This document shows positions 15,618-30,287 of a DNA stretch of 64,000 nt, piece by piece. Location: assembly GCF_009914755.1 (NCBI RefSeq), contig NC_060934.1; one strand, 5' to 3'. The stretch is from the human T2T-CHM13v2.0 reference genome, Homo sapiens. Each line of letters begins with the position of its first letter. Positions within the stretch are counted from its first letter, which is position 1. The notes under the pieces were generated by a model, which ran no database searches, was not told the DNA's origin, and was given only the letters and a program-made list of their open reading frames with translations. The position numbers and the translations under genes are program-made.

Positions 15618-17322
15618 CTGGTGATTTTCTTGATAATCACTTACACAAGATGAATACCATTCATTTCCATGGAAGTGTCCCATGGACTGTGCACCTAAGA
15701 ATGTGCATTTGCATCCATATTTTACAGGTAGGATTCCTTTGAATTCTTGCAGGTATCCAAGAGGGAGGGTTCTGGAGGAACTTCCAGCTGTCTAGATTAC
15801 CCCATGAAAACCTGTTCTTTTATCAACAGCCACTTCAGGAGCTCACCCAGGGGCTGCTCACTAGACCACTGCTCCCTGCCCATGTGCCCTAGTTCAGAGT
15901 AATCCGTATTCTTCACAGTCCCTTCTTCCAGTGAAAGCGTTTCTTTTACCTTTCACCAAGCATTCACTCTAAAAGAAATCAGGTCAGCGATACTGTAGAC
16001 ATTTCAGAAAGCTGAAAATGATGACTCAAAACTATAATTAGCAATGTTCCTGTCCCTTTAATTTTATTCCCCTTGGAGTTATCAATTGGTGTCCTTGAAA
16101 TGGCTAGCTGCTTAAATATTTTAGATGTATGTTTGGCGTTTTACACACACCTTTGTACTGGTTCTAATCACAAGTGCTCTTGGGTCTGAGTTTAGGTCTG
16201 ACTGCAGGCAAGCAGGTTGGTTTTCTGGCCTCCTGGGGCACCCCTGGAGGAAGCAGATGGGATGGGAAGTAAACCTGACGGATATGAGACATCACACTTT
16301 TTCGGGCTGGGCTCCAGGCACCTGTTCATGTTTTTAGTTACCTGGATAGTCTTGGTATCAGAGTTTACATGAACCATGGCCAAGCTTATCACCCATACAA
16401 ATGTTTGTAGAATGATTGAATAGCAAATGGAATAGATGAATTACAGCCTATGGAAAGTCCTTCTGCTGCCAATTTATAGTTTGTCCTTTTGAGATAAAGA
16501 TGCCTTTGGCTTTTACATTTGTATTTTCAAGTATATATATGCTAGGGAAGGAGGAAACTTTTGGGTCCCCAGTGGTTGATTTTCACCTTTGATCTGCATA
16601 CTAGTGTTCATAGCATGTTACTGAGTTGACTTTTTTATTTCTATATAATAACAATATATCGATGTGTTGCAAATCTGATGTAACCTTTGTGTGTGTGTGT
16701 ATGTGTATGTATGGGTGTGTGTCTGTATGTATGTGTGGTATTGATCAAGATACATTACTCCAGAGGCCAAAATCAGAAACTAGGGATATTGAATATTTCG
16801 TTATTTAAAGTTGAGCTAATATAATGCAATGTTAAGAGGACAGCTGTTCAGATACTGGGTTAAACAGCTTCAATGTATGTCACCCAGGAAGGGATTTGGA
16901 GGTTGCTGTCTTTCTTCTGGTGGCAATGCAAGAAAACCGAAAGAAAAAAACAATTGCACTTAAAAGATCCTATATGACAGCTATAAGTGTATATGCTTTG
17001 TAATATTCACTTTTATAGGCTGCTATGGTACAGAAATTCTCTTTTGTGCATTTTTGCTCTGTTTCCCTCCTCGTTGTCCCTCCGAAACAAACTATGCCAA
17101 GCACTTAGCTAATGATATACGAAGAAGCATTTCAGCAGCCACTCAGAAGTGAGTGACTGCTTATGAAAAACTTGTGAAAAATAAGTAAGACTGATAGGTG
17201 AATTCGATGGTCCTTTTGGAGTTATATGTTTCTTAGCTTTGAATAAAAACAAAATGTGCTGCTGCCATCCCTTGCTAGGAGTTCCATTCCCAGATTCACA
17301 CTCAGCATTTATGTTTCCATGG

Positions 17323-17443
17323 TGGTACCACCAAACATAGCAGAACTGAAGAATTTGGAAGTGCTCAACTTTTTAAATAACCAGATCGAGAAGCTGCCAA
17401 CACAGATCAGCAGGCTTCAAAAACTCAAACACCTGAACCTTGG
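17323..17443 (+). pseudogene. RSU1P1: RSU1 pseudo-exon; acceptor lost (GG in place of AG)
   Basis: tttccatgg|tggtaccacc...aaccttgg|gtgagt; VPPNIAELKNLEVLNFLNNQIEKLPTQISRLQKLKHLNLG. Confidence 0.9.
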
Positions 17444-18211
17444 GTGAGTATCAGTGGAGGTGAAAGGATGGAGAGGAAGAGAGTGGAAGGGGCGTGCTGG
17501 GTAGGGCCAGGGGAGGGATTCCATTTATATCATTGCACAGAAGTGGATTTCTAATTTCTTTTTGTGTTTTGTGTTTTAAAAAAAGTTTTATTGTTTTAAT
17601 ATATCCTTTCGGTGGCCTACATTAGTGAAGATTTGAGAGCTAATTGAGAAGCTAATAGTTGGCACAATAAGGAAGATAAATTTTTACTGTATTTTGTGTC
17701 CAGTAAAATTTTATCTCAGCTCTGTTGACCAAGAAGGGACTTATTTGCATAGCATGAACTGGCAGACAAGTTGTAATATGGTTGACTTTTTTCTCTCTGT
17801 GTTAAATAAGAATAGTTTATAAAGGACCTTTGTGCCATGGAGGGAAGAATATATTCCCTAATGCTGCTTCATTCATTTTTGCAATTCTTCTCTGTAGTTG
17901 AGAGGTGACAATTCTCTGTCTTTCTTTATGCAAAGGTAAAGATATGAGTTTTGTTTCAACTGAGGTTGCAGAACCAGGGAGCAGTAAATAATAATAATGA
18001 TAACCTGTCTTCGTGTATTGCTTTGTAGCACTTGATCCTGTCAACATTTGTGAGGTAGGAAAGGCAGGTTTTAGTGCTTTCATTTTATACAGAGGAAGCC
18101 AAGCCTTTTCAAAGGGGCTAAGGGACTGGGTCCTGGTCACCCCTGAGGTTAGTGGCCAAGCTGGGAAGAGAACCCCATGGTTCTGGGTCTAAAGGCTCCA
18201 TCAGACTCCAT

Positions 18212-18594
18212 TGATATGGTCTGGATCTGTGTCCCCACCAAATCTCATGTGGAATTGTAATCCCCATTGCTGGAGGTGGGGCCTGGTGGGAGGTGATTAG
18301 ATCTGGGGGCGGAGCTCTCATGAATGGTTTAGCACCATCCCCTCTTGGTACTGTCCTTATGATAGTGAGTGAGTTATTGCAAGACCCCTCGTGCTCTCCT
18401 TCTCCTGCCATGTAATACACATGCTCCTGCATTGCCTTCCACCACGAGTAAAAGCTTCCTGAGGCTTCCCCGCAAGCAGCAGCTGCCATGCTTCTTATAC
18501 AGCCGGTAGAACCATGAGTCAGTTAAACCTCTTTTCTTGTAAGTTACCTAGCCTCAGGCGTTCCTTTATAGCAATGGGAGAACAGACGAATACA
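18212..18594 (+). mobile_element. MaLR solo LTR (MSTA/MSTB-like)
   Basis: tgatatggtctggatctgtgtcccc...gaacagacgaataca; 5-bp TSD tccat. Confidence 0.88.
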
Positions 18595-18743
18595 TCCATA
18601 GACCCCAACTGGAACTGCAACATCAGAATTCCATCTTCATTGGCACAGCTATTAGATGAAACTGCCCACTCATGCTTCAGTCTCTGTGCAAAGTCGTATA
18701 CTCATTAAATTGTAGCCACTAAATGCTCTGGTTAAGTTAGTGA

Positions 18744-19089
<346 letters not shown>

Positions 19090-19421
19090 ACGAACGACAT
19101 ATTTAAACACTCACAGCACTGCCTGCCTGGGGCCTGGGAGTTGTCAGTTCTTTGGTACTGTTGAGTATAAAGTGTGAGGCAGGTGGCTGTAAGGTCAGAG
19201 GTCAGGCTAGACAGGGAATCCTGGATATCCGCTGTTCAGTGAATGAGGATCTACCAAGTTCCCAATCGTGTACTAGGCATTGTTACAGCTGCTGGCCATC
19301 TAGCCCTGATGGAGCTTCCATTACAGTTGAGGAAACCAACTGTAAACAAATAAATGTTTATAATAATGGCAAGGAGTCAAAAGTGCTAATGAAAGGCCTC
19401 TGTGCTAAATAAACAAGCTCC

Positions 19422-19731
19422 TCCTGGGCATGGTGGCTCACGCCTGTAGTCTCAGCACTTTGGGAGGCTGAGGCTGGAGGGTCAGCTGAGGCCAGGAGTT
19501 CAAGAACAGCCTTGTCAAGATGGCAAAACCTCATCTCTACTAAAAATACAAAAATTAGCTAAGTGTCGTGGCATGCACCTATGATCCCAGCTATTCTGCC
19601 CAGGGGGCTGAGGCAGGAGAGACATTTGAACCCAGGAAGCAGAGGTTTCAGTGAGCTGAGATCGTACAACTGCACTCCAGCTACGTGACAGAGTGATATT
19701 CCATCTCAAAAATAAACACATACATAAATAA
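19422..19731 (+). mobile_element. Alu
   Basis: Sense Alu dimer. Confidence 0.88.
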
Positions 19732-20097
19732 ATTAATGAGCTCCAATTTTATCATGCTGACCATCGAGAAATTTGCATAGCCGAGTAGTGGATATGAGAT
19801 ATGAAAGATCAGTGTGGAGAAGAGGGTGGAGGGAGGGAAACTAGAGGTTAGAAGACCAGTAAGAACATAAGCTTCATGTCCCATGTGAACTAGGAGAGTG
19901 ACAGTGGAGACAGGGAGGGATTTTATATGAAAAATATACAGGTGGTAACGTTGACAGACAGTAACTGATGGGATGGAATGATACCTACATTTCTGTTGGA
20001 CAGCTGAAAAATAGAACCGATGGAGACAGGTTTGGGAAGAAAATAATAAGCTCAGGTTTTGTTGTTTGGTTTGAGGCACCATAGGACAGAGCCGTAA

Positions 20098-20409
<312 letters not shown>

Positions 20410-21105
20410 TAAACTTTTCTTTTTCAATGAATGCATGTAGTTGCCTTCTTGTTCTCTTTGGAGTTGTTTGCATTTTGGGCTGTTGGCGCTTTATTGATTG
20501 TGTAAAGCTTTTTGTACTTAATTACACAGCAACATAGATGGAGTTGTCAAAGTTTGAAGAAAACCTCCCAATTCTTTGGGAAAGGAGCTAAGATGGGTTT
20601 CACTAAAGGATACCTCTGTCCTCAAATGGTATAAAGAATTATACCACACAGTGAGGCAAGTTATAGGGAGGACTCCTTATTCTAAGGAGCCGGGCTGAAA
20701 GCATACACACGGGAGATCACAAAACGGAGCAGGGAAGCCACGTGTATGCATAATCCAAAAGGCACCCTCAATAAGAATTTGCTTTCAAAGTTTTATATAG
20801 TACTTGCAGTTTATTCTGTTGATTGTAAGACATGAGAGAATTTTAGGCCACCGGAACAAATTAAAGAAAGTTAAGTTCTGTTCTTAATTCCTTAAATGCA
20901 GTTTATTTCATAGAGTTATTTTCCAAAAAATGTGAAGCCACATAGGTTACCATGTTGATGATTATTTCTAGGATAACTTCACTGCAGGACCACTGTGCCC
21001 AACTATTCGGGAATAACGTTTGACCTTGTTTCTTGCAAGAGCTAGTCTCATGAACACATAGAAGTTTTTATTAAGTTCCATATTGGTTATTTACGGATTT
21101 GAATT

Positions 21106-21415
21106 ATTTATTTATTTATTTATTGAGACAGGGTCTCGCTCTGTCTCCCAGGCTGGAGTGCAGTGCAGTGGTGCAATCTCTGCCCACTGCAACCTATGCC
21201 TCCTGGGCTCAAGTGATCCTCCCACCTCAGCCTCCTGAGTAGCTGTAACCACAGGTACGTGCCACCACACCTGGCTAATTTTTGTAGTTTTTTCTGTAGA
21301 GATGGGGTTTTGCCATGTTGCCCAGGCTGGTCTCGGGCTCCTGAGCTCAAGCAATCTGCCTGTGTAGGCCTCCCAAAGTGCTGGGATTACAGACGTGAGC
21401 CACCGGGCTCAGCCT
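21106..21415 (-). mobile_element. Alu (AluJ-like)
   Basis: (ttta)n tail followed by antisense dimer. Confidence 0.9.
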
Positions 21416-23488
21416 GGATTTTTTTTTTAACTTTTATTTTTGATAACTGTGTGAGTAGGTCACTGTGGAGGTGAGAAAAATTAGTGCCTTTAGCCAAGAA
21501 GGTTTTATTGAAGCTGGAGGTGCTCAGGACCACCTGCAGAGAAGAAACTGCTCTGAAAAGGAGTCATTATTACAGACCTTTCTGGGGCTTTAGAAGAAAA
21601 GGAAAAAAGATGCTGAATAGACTTAGACCCCCTGGTTTTATAAATTTCTCCATCATATGCAGACATTTGCCCACTTCCAACATGCATTTGAAAAATCTTC
21701 CCATGCAAACAAAGAATTGATAGCACTTGGCATAGCTGAGACCTGAAAAGCTTTATGTTTCAACACCTGAAGTCACCTGAGATTAAGCAAGTGTGGCACA
21801 AATAGTAAAACCACAGTTAATAGCTCGGACTATCCAAAGTGGCTTGTCATGAGGTGAGCTTGCTCGCTTAGGGCTGATTCAAAATTTTCTCTCAAACCTT
21901 TTGAAAAATAATTCTAGCAACAGCTCTCATTTCCTGAGAAGTCACATCTGAGCCATGGATCAGGTGTTGGGTGCTTCACATATTTTCTCTCTCATCCTCC
22001 CAGTGATCCTGCCCTGAAGATGTTGTCAGCCTTATTTTATAGTCGAGGAAATTCAGTCTCAGAGAAGCTGAGTAACTTGGTCAAGGTCACGCAGCTAGCA
22101 AGTGCTGGAGCCAGATTCCTCACCTAGCTGTCTCCTATCTTAAAGCTCCATTCTTTTCCTACTCCCACTGTAACCTCTCATGGAAACCTTGATTGCTAGC
22201 AGTGTCAGAGTGGGGCCCTAAGCATGGAATTCCTACAAGTGGAAATGTGGATGGATGGAGATGGATGTTAGCACCTGCTGGGGGGAAGGGGGACAGCCAG
22301 CATGTTCCAGCCTTCATTCTGCAGAGAGAGATGCCACCAGGTCACCATGCACATGGTCTGGCCTCCGAAGAGGTGGCCAGAAGTCTCTGCAGTTCCTTGC
22401 CCCCTTTGTAGCTGGGGCCGTTGCTAGGAGTTCTTCTGAAGTTTCAGCATTTGTTTAAGGGCTTCCTTTCTGCCCCACCATGGTGGTGTGCCTACTACTG
22501 TTACATACTGCTGTCAGCTCCACATGGGACTCTGCTGTGTTCCTTACACGTTGTAGGTATTGGTTTGTCACTCAAAGGAAAAAGGAACCTTCAATTAAGT
22601 AGATTCTTGCCACCAAGAGGTGGAGGGGCTCCAGGCTTGCTCTGGGCTGGAGATTGAATGGGAGTTCTCTCTCAGGTGAGATGCCTCTTCCCTCTAAGCC
22701 TGTCTAACCGTGGATTTCCTATACCTAATATTGCAAAAGTGCATTTCTTTATTTGCAGAGAAAAATGTTAAGGAATCAGCAGTTTTCAAAAACGGATAAC
22801 TTAAAGCAGTGTTTAAAGACAGAAGCACCTAGTGTATGCTTCTCTACCTTCCTTTCTGTCTCTGACTTGCAATTCTTCTCAGAATCCTTGCATGGGAGCC
22901 CAAGGGTCTGGAACGGCTTTGGCCTCTGTGAGGTACAGGGTGCTTCCAGACACATGTCACCTTCATCAGTCACTTCTGAAGTCTTTTCTCCTTACTCTCT
23001 CTTAGGCTGTTTTTTTATCTCAAGATAGCACTAATTACAAGCTCCATCTTGCCTGTGTTACAAGGTAATACAACAAGCCAAGTACTTGCCATAATGTGCT
23101 TCACAAATTGTGACTTCATGGAGAATATTTGTTGTTGCTGTCATGGCAGTAGATAGTCGTGGAGGTAGTTTTGCTGGGTGTAGTCTGTCTGGGTCGTTTT
23201 CTGCCTGAGAGCGGGAACCCACGTTTCCATTTTGGTTTCTCCCTCTGCTGTCTGCTGTTTCTGGTGAGGCCTGCTTGGTAGGACTGGACCGAGCTGGATC
23301 TGTTATGAGAAGCATCGATGACTAGAATGATTTTTATTGTCATACTTCCTTCCATCTTTCAATATCTGTCAACTTTTATTAAAGTTTTTTTTTAATTGGC
23401 TTTTAAGTATGCTCAAAGGGAACGGCTTTAAGAAAAATAAGGGGCTTAAAGAAAAGGATAAAAGATAGTGTAGAAAAAAATTCCCTTA

Positions 23489-23670
23489 ACATCACACACC
23501 GGGGCCTGTCAGGGGGTGGGGGGCTGGGGGAGGGATAGTATTAGGAGAAATGCCTAATGTAAATGACGAGTTGATGGGTGCAGCAAACCAACATGACACA
23601 TGTATACCTATGTAACAAACCTGCATGTTGTGCACATGTACCCTAGAACTTAAAGTATAATTAAAAAAAA
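23489..23670 (+). mobile_element. Short L1PA 3' UTR insertion
   Basis: L1PA 3' end with A tail; 17-bp TSD agaaaaaaattccctta at 23472-23488 and 23671-23687. Confidence 0.92.
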
Positions 23671-23697
23671 AGAAAAAAATTCCCTTAGAATTCATCG

Positions 23698-24058
23698 GAG
23701 ACACACACACACACACAGACACAAACACATACTGCGTAAACACACACACCACCACACCCCCATACACACCCCATACACATACCACACCATACCATATCCA
23801 TAACCCCACACACACACCACACACATACAACACACACCACCACACCACACACACACCCCATGCCCACCCACACACACCACACACACACGACAACCCCTCC
23901 ACACACCACACACACAGCACACCCCTACACCACCATACCACACACACACCACACCCCCCACACCACACATAACACCCCCGTACACACACACATAACACTA
24001 CACACAACACCACATACACACCCACACACACCACACACCCCTGCACACACCCACACAC
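23698..24058. repeat. Degenerate (CA/CAC)n low-complexity tract
   Basis: About 360 bp almost entirely C and A. Confidence 0.95.
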
Positions 24059-24499
24059 AATTGATCCTTCAGCAACACATGGGTGGAGGGAGCACCACAC
24101 TGACCCCCCATGCAGTCGAAAATCCACACATAACTTTTGACTCTGAATAAACTTAAGTACTAATAGCCTACAGTTGACCGGAAGCCTTACCAAAACATAA
24201 ATGCCAATTAACACATATTTTGTGTGTTATATGTATTCTATTCTGCATTCTTACAATAAAGTAAGCTAAGCAATAGAAAATGTTATTAGGAAAGTCATAA
24301 GGAAAACAAAGTGCATTTACTGTTCTTCAAGTGGAAGTGGGTCATCTTAAAGGTCTTCATCCTCTTCTTCATGTTGAGTGGGCTAAGGAGGAAGAGGAGG
24401 GTTGGTCTTCTTGTCTCAGGGGTAGCAGAGGCAGAAGAAAAATATCCATGTGTCATTGGACCCAGGCAGTTCAAACCCATGTTGCTCAAGAGCCAATTG
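24058..24499. mobile_element. Tigger2-derived MITE (MER28/Tigger2a-like)
   Basis: Terminal inverted repeats caattgatccttcagcaacacatggg ... cccatgttgctcaagagccaattg; about 440 bp. Confidence 0.75.
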
Positions 24500-24552
24500 T
24501 ACGATTTAAAAAAATTTTAAGTTGCAATAAAATACACATAAAATGTACTGTC

Positions 24553-24921
<369 letters not shown>

Positions 24922-25319
24922 TCATCTTGCAAACCTGAATCCTACACCCATTGAATAACATCTCTCCATTGCCCCTCCCTCCAGCCCCTGGCCATCACCA
25001 TTCTAATTGAAGATAACTTTGAATTTTAACAGTTGTAGAAAAAAAAAAAAACCATGATTTTCCCTCCTAAAAGGAATAAATGAAATGAAATAAAGCAAAA
25101 GTCTGAAAACTACAAAGCTTCATGTGTATAGTTTCAGATATTATCACTACATTCATAAGGACGTTTTTCTTTACAAGGACAGATATTTTGTGATGGTTTG
25201 AATTTTTGTGTAAAACAGTGATTCAATTTCACCATTGGAGAAAAATGACAACTAAGAAATTTCCAAATGTTTCAGGAATATATAAGTTCTCTAAAATTAT
25301 TAGTTTAAATAAGACAACA

Positions 25320-25735
25320 TACCACATCATCTCACTTATATGTGGAATGTAAAAAAGTAAACCTCATCGAAACAGGGAATAAAATGGTTACCAGAGGCTG
25401 GAGGGAGAGGGAAATTGCCAAAGGACACGAAATTTTAGTTAGACAGGAGAAGTAAGTTCAAGAGATGGATTGTATATCATGGTGACTGCAGTCAATAACA
25501 ATATGTAGCATATTTGAAAATTGCTAAGAGAGTGAATTTTAAGCATTCTCACCACAAAAGACAAAAAAATGACAAGCATATGATATGAGGCAATGCGTAT
25601 ATTAAACAGTGTGATTTAAGCCATTCCATGATGGATTATACATATATCAGAAGTATCATGTTGTACACCATAGGTATGTACAATCTTCATTTGTCAATAT
25701 AAATTTTACATAAATGATTTTTATAATTAAAAAAA
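25320..25735 (+). mobile_element. L1MA 3' end fragment
   Basis: atctcacttatatgtggaat...ggttaccagaggctgg...gaaaattgctaagagagt...tttgtcaat followed by an A-rich tail. Confidence 0.75.
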
Positions 25736-25740
25736 AAATA

Positions 25741-26047
25741 GGATGGATGTGTTGACTCACACCTATGATCCCAGCATTCTGGGAGGCCAAAGTGGGAGGA
25801 TGGCTCGAGCTCAGGAGTTTGAGACCAGCCTGGGCAACACGGCAAAAACCAATCTCTGCAAAAAATACAAACATTGGTGGGGTATGATGGTGTGCACCTG
25901 TGGTCCCAGCTACTTGGGAGGCTGAAGTGGAAGGATCGCTTGAGCCCATGGAGGTCAAGGCTGCAGTGACCCAAGATCGTGCCACTGCACTCCAGCCTGG
26001 GCAACAGAGCAAGGCCCTATCTCAAAAAAAATAAAAATAAAAATAAA
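25741..26047 (+). mobile_element. Alu (AluJ-like)
   Basis: Sense dimer with A-rich tail. Confidence 0.88.
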
Positions 26048-26173
26048 GTATAAAGTGACTCTAGGATCATGGCACTCTCTTACACTTTCAGCCTGTGAAA
26101 CTGAGGTGCCCTTGATAGTCTCTATAAATGTGTCTTTGGTGTCCTGATGTAGATTTTTGTCCCCCTGCAACAG

Positions 26174-26292
26174 CATGAACAGGCTGAACATTTCGCCACA
26201 AGGCTTTGGCTCCCTGCCAGCTCTTGAGGTTCTGGACTTGACTTACAACAACTTGAATGAAAATTATCTTCCTGGAAACTTCTTCTACCTGA
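26174..26292 (+). pseudogene. RSU1P1: RSU1 pseudo-exon
   Basis: ccccctgcaacag|catgaacagg...tacctga|gtaaga; MNRLNISPQGFGSLPALEVLDLTYNNLNENYLPGNFFYL. Confidence 0.9.
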
Positions 26293-27134
26293 GTAAGAAA
26301 CTTTCAGTTCTATGAATCTCCTCAACATTATACTTTGCATTCTAAGAGTGAAATTTATTTGCCAGGACTTAAACTCCAAGAGAAATTATTGGACAGAGAT
26401 AACTTTTTCTTTAGAGACTCCTTTTGAATATTCCTTCATAGCTCAGCGTATGTGCATTTGATATATCGTTATGTGACACCATTGGGCTGAAGTGGACTTA
26501 GTAAAGTCATATTAACATTCTGAGAGAGATGATATACCTAAATGAGATCAAACCTCACATTTAGCTAAGAGACTTGACTTTCTTTTTAAATAGCGTGCCA
26601 AAAAAAGATATCCTCCCATGTTGGTATTAATTCTTTGTACGATATTTTCCAGGATGTCCCAATCAATTAATTATAAAAATATTTATTAATAAACCACTAA
26701 TGGAATTTTTAAATTTTCCAGCCAGGATTCTTATTTTCAGCCTTTTAAAAAGTACTCTTATTGACCTATTTATCCAGTACACAGGCATTAAGAAATTATT
26801 GGCCACAGGTGAACACACCTTATTCTTTTATATGCCAACAAATTTCTTGCTGAAGATGCTTTTGAAAATTAAAAAATGATTTCTTCTGGGAACTCATGCA
26901 CTATTTCAGACAAGGTTTGTTTCTCTTAAATGAGTGTTCTATTTCTTCAATTAGTAACTTATATGGCATTCAGAAAATCTGAATTTTCTGAGCTGGTCTC
27001 TAAAATTTCACTTTTTGCCTTATGTACGTTCTCTCTCTGTGACTTTCTCAAGCACATGAAACCAACTGTAAAATATTTTCTTGGGTGGTGAAGCCCCTGT
27101 TTTTATTATGTTATATTAACATACAGTTCTGGAG

Positions 27135-27380
27135 TCTGAGCTCCAAAGATCACTTGAGGCTAGGAGTTTAAGACCAGCCTGGGCGACATAGAGAGACCCT
27201 GTCTCTAGAAACAAAAATTAAAAAATTAACCAGGCATAGTAGCATGTGCCTGTAATCTTAGCTAATTGGGAGGCTGAGGTAGGAAGATTGCTTGAGGCCA
27301 GGAATTTGAGGCTGCAGTGACCCACTGCACTCCAGTCTGGGTGACAGAACGAGACTCTGTCTCTAAAAAATAAATAAATA
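27135..27380 (+). mobile_element. 5'-truncated Alu (AluJ-like)
   Basis: gatcacttgaggctaggag...gagactctgtctctaaaaaa. Confidence 0.85.
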
Positions 27381-28154
27381 CTGATAAACAAAACATACCT
27401 CTAATTATACTCAGCTTTTTTGGTTGAGGATAAACAGATGCTTTAGAATTTTAGCCTTCAATAGTTTGGAATCATATTATCATTGTGTAGTAATTGTGAA
27501 CAAATTTCTGACTACTGATATTCTGCTTAAGTTAGGATTTACTCTGTTAACTTCATGCCATTATTTTAGTCCCTTTGTCTTCATTTACTTTTGTCCTTAA
27601 GGCTGTAGAAACAAGTAGTAATAATTAGTCAGATTATGGACTGATGAGCTGTAGTTATAGCCTCCATCACCAGAAAGCCTTTCATTAATTTTTAACACAA
27701 TGCTATTTACATAGGAAAAAGTCTATTTTAACATAGTTGCATTCCCTTGAAAGAACCTTTTTGCCCTAGGTATCCACAAAAGTGGCACAGTAGTTTTCTT
27801 TGTTTTACTTTGGATGCAAATGGAGAAATAAATGTGAATCAAAAGTAATCTGTGAGAAAAATAGCAATCTTTTTTGAAAATGTGTTGAAACTCTGTGCCC
27901 CAAAATGCTAGTGCCTACGTTGTTAATTGTATCAGTCCTCTTGGATATAGATGTTTTCCTGGACACACCAGCTCCACAACAATAAGCCAGTAAATGTAAG
28001 TTTGACCTGCTTGTTATTATTGGGAGCCCTAGGTATGTCAAAGGCTTTTCACCAAGCCAGGGTTATTAATCAAAGCTGACTCCCTCGTATTGATCAGACC
28101 TCAAATGGTTGGGTTCCATGCCACCCTGTTTATATATTGCTGTTTAATTTGCAG

Positions 28155-28237
28155 CCACCCTGTGTGCACTCTATCTAAGTGACAACGATTTTGAAATCCT
28201 GCCGCCAGATATTGGGAAGCTCACAAAGTTGCAGATA
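28155..28237 (+). pseudogene. RSU1P1: RSU1 pseudo-exon
   Basis: tttaatttgcag|ccaccctg...cagata|gtaagt; TTLCALYLSDNDFEILPPDIGKLTKLQI. Confidence 0.9.
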
Positions 28238-28507
28238 GTAAGTAAGTTATCTAAATTCTTAGAGAATCAATTCACTGCTGCAGCCTTGTAGGGGTAGAAT
28301 CAAGTCAATCTGAGAAGGAGTCAGGTTTGTTTTGCAGGAATAAACCACTGCTTCTGATAGTGTTTCTTGATTATCTGCCGGCGCTTGTAAATAAATGGAA
28401 AGGACTGAGCTGTGGTAGAAGAGAGGACATGGAGGAAGATGAGAGTTTCTGTGGAGCACCTTTTAATATGAAAATGTGTTGACAACTCCCTGTTTTCTTC
28501 TGTTTAG

Positions 28508-28622
28508 CTCAGCAATAGGGATAACAACCTGATCTCACTGCCTAAGGAAATCAGGGTGCTTACCCAGCTTAAAGAGCTCCACATTCAGGGGAACCGCCTC
28601 ACTGTTCTACCCCCAGAATTAG
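28508..28622 (+). pseudogene. RSU1P1: RSU1 pseudo-exon
   Basis: ttcttctgtttag|ctcagc...gaattag|gtaagt; [38 protein letters not shown]. Confidence 0.9.
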
Positions 28623-29987
28623 GTAAGTTTGCTGATGAATGAACTTAGTTCTGGGTTTCATGAGTAACAATTATCCTAATGTAGCAATTCTGAACAACCT
28701 CTCTCCTCTTCTTGGCAACTGCTCTCCACCTAGACACCCAGTTCTGATCATTTGAGAACCATTTGTCATTGACCAGAGTTCAGCTGCTATAGGTTTGACC
28801 TTCCCCGATGCTGTGTTCTGCAGCTGTAGTCTCCCGTGTCTTAGAAACTGCTGATGAAAGATGACCCTGCTCAGCTCCCTGCATGATGTAGTGGAAAAAG
28901 CATGGGGTTAGTAGTAAGAGCCTTATGCATGGCTCCTCGTTGACTAGCTGGGTAAGCTTTCTGGGTCTTGGTTGTTATTGATAACTTTATCGAAGTATCA
29001 CTCTTACTTTTTAACCCCTTACTTTTTTATTGACCTAGAAAAACTTTTAGCAAAGAATTAAAGTAGTTGTTATGGCTACTTGAAGATGTTGATACCTCTC
29101 CTGGTCGTGAATTTGCCTCTCTCCTGATCCCATTTCTAGTAGGAATTGTTAAATATGTTCTTGCTGGGAATGGGTCCTACTTCTGGCCACTGAATCCTAA
29201 TCCTCTAACAAGTCATTCCTATTTCCGGAGTGGGTTTATGTCCCCCGCCAGAAGTAACCTCCAAGCCAGTCATTCTGTTACTGCTTCATTCCACTGCAAA
29301 AGGTTCCCAAGTTCCCTTATCTTTTCCTGTGCAGACCCTCAATAGCCTCTAATTTCTTTAATCCTTTGAACCACATTGTTTTCTCAAACTGCGGTTATTT
29401 GCTTTTCTGCCCCAAAATACCATCATTTTTAAGAAACACATTAAGGAAGCAGTTCTTTAAACAAGTCTGGCAGTTTGAAGAGGCCATTTGTTAGAAATTA
29501 GAATGCAAGCACCAGGAGGGCAGAGGCATTTTCGCATTTGTTCCCTGGGGTGCAGTACTTGCTCAGAAAACATTGACTGAATGAATGAAAGAAGCAAGGA
29601 CCTTGGATGGCAAGAGGTTAGGAAGGTTATGAGCAGGCCGATGGGGCTAATGGTTACGCATAGGAAGACTGAGACACAGAGCACACCCATCAGCACTGAG
29701 AGTTCTGTTGGCAGCCTTATTAGTCTAAAGGGAAGGCAGTCACATGATTTCATGGAACAGATGGAAAGTCCCGCCTCCTCCCTTCCCATTTCCCTTAACT
29801 CTCTTGTTAGTGTTAAAAGACCAGAGGTTTATTTAATTATTTTTAAGGGCTGAGGAGCAACTCAACATTTCTCTTTATTGAGTTGCAAGCAGTCAAGTTT
29901 TGTTTTGGGAGCAGGGTTACAGAATCAAGAAACACTTTTTGCGAACAATTTCAAGGCAAAAAGCTTCTTGTCAAAGGAGAGATCTTG

Positions 29988-30287
29988 GGCTGGACACGGT
30001 GGCTCACACTTGTAATCTCAGCACTTTGGGAGGCCGAAGCGGGTGGGTTGCTTGAGCCCAGGAGTTTGAGACCAGCCTGGGCAACATGGTGAAACCCCAT
30101 CTCTACAAAAAGTACAAAAAATTAGCTGGGCATTGTGGTGCATGCCTGTAGTCCCAGCTACTCAGGAGGCTGAGGTGAGAGGATCACCTAAGCCTGGGAG
30201 GTCAAAGCTGCGGTGAGCCATGATTGTGCCACTGCACTCCAGCCTGGGTGACAGAACAAGACCGTGTTGAAAGGGGGAAAAAAAAAA
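29988..30287 (+). mobile_element. Alu (AluJ-like)
   Basis: Sense dimer; TSD gagagatcttg. Confidence 0.9.

Noticed and set aside
23492-24214. 240-aa Cys/Val/Gly-rich ORF
   Set aside because: Translation of the CA-rich tract plus L1 and Tigger sequence.
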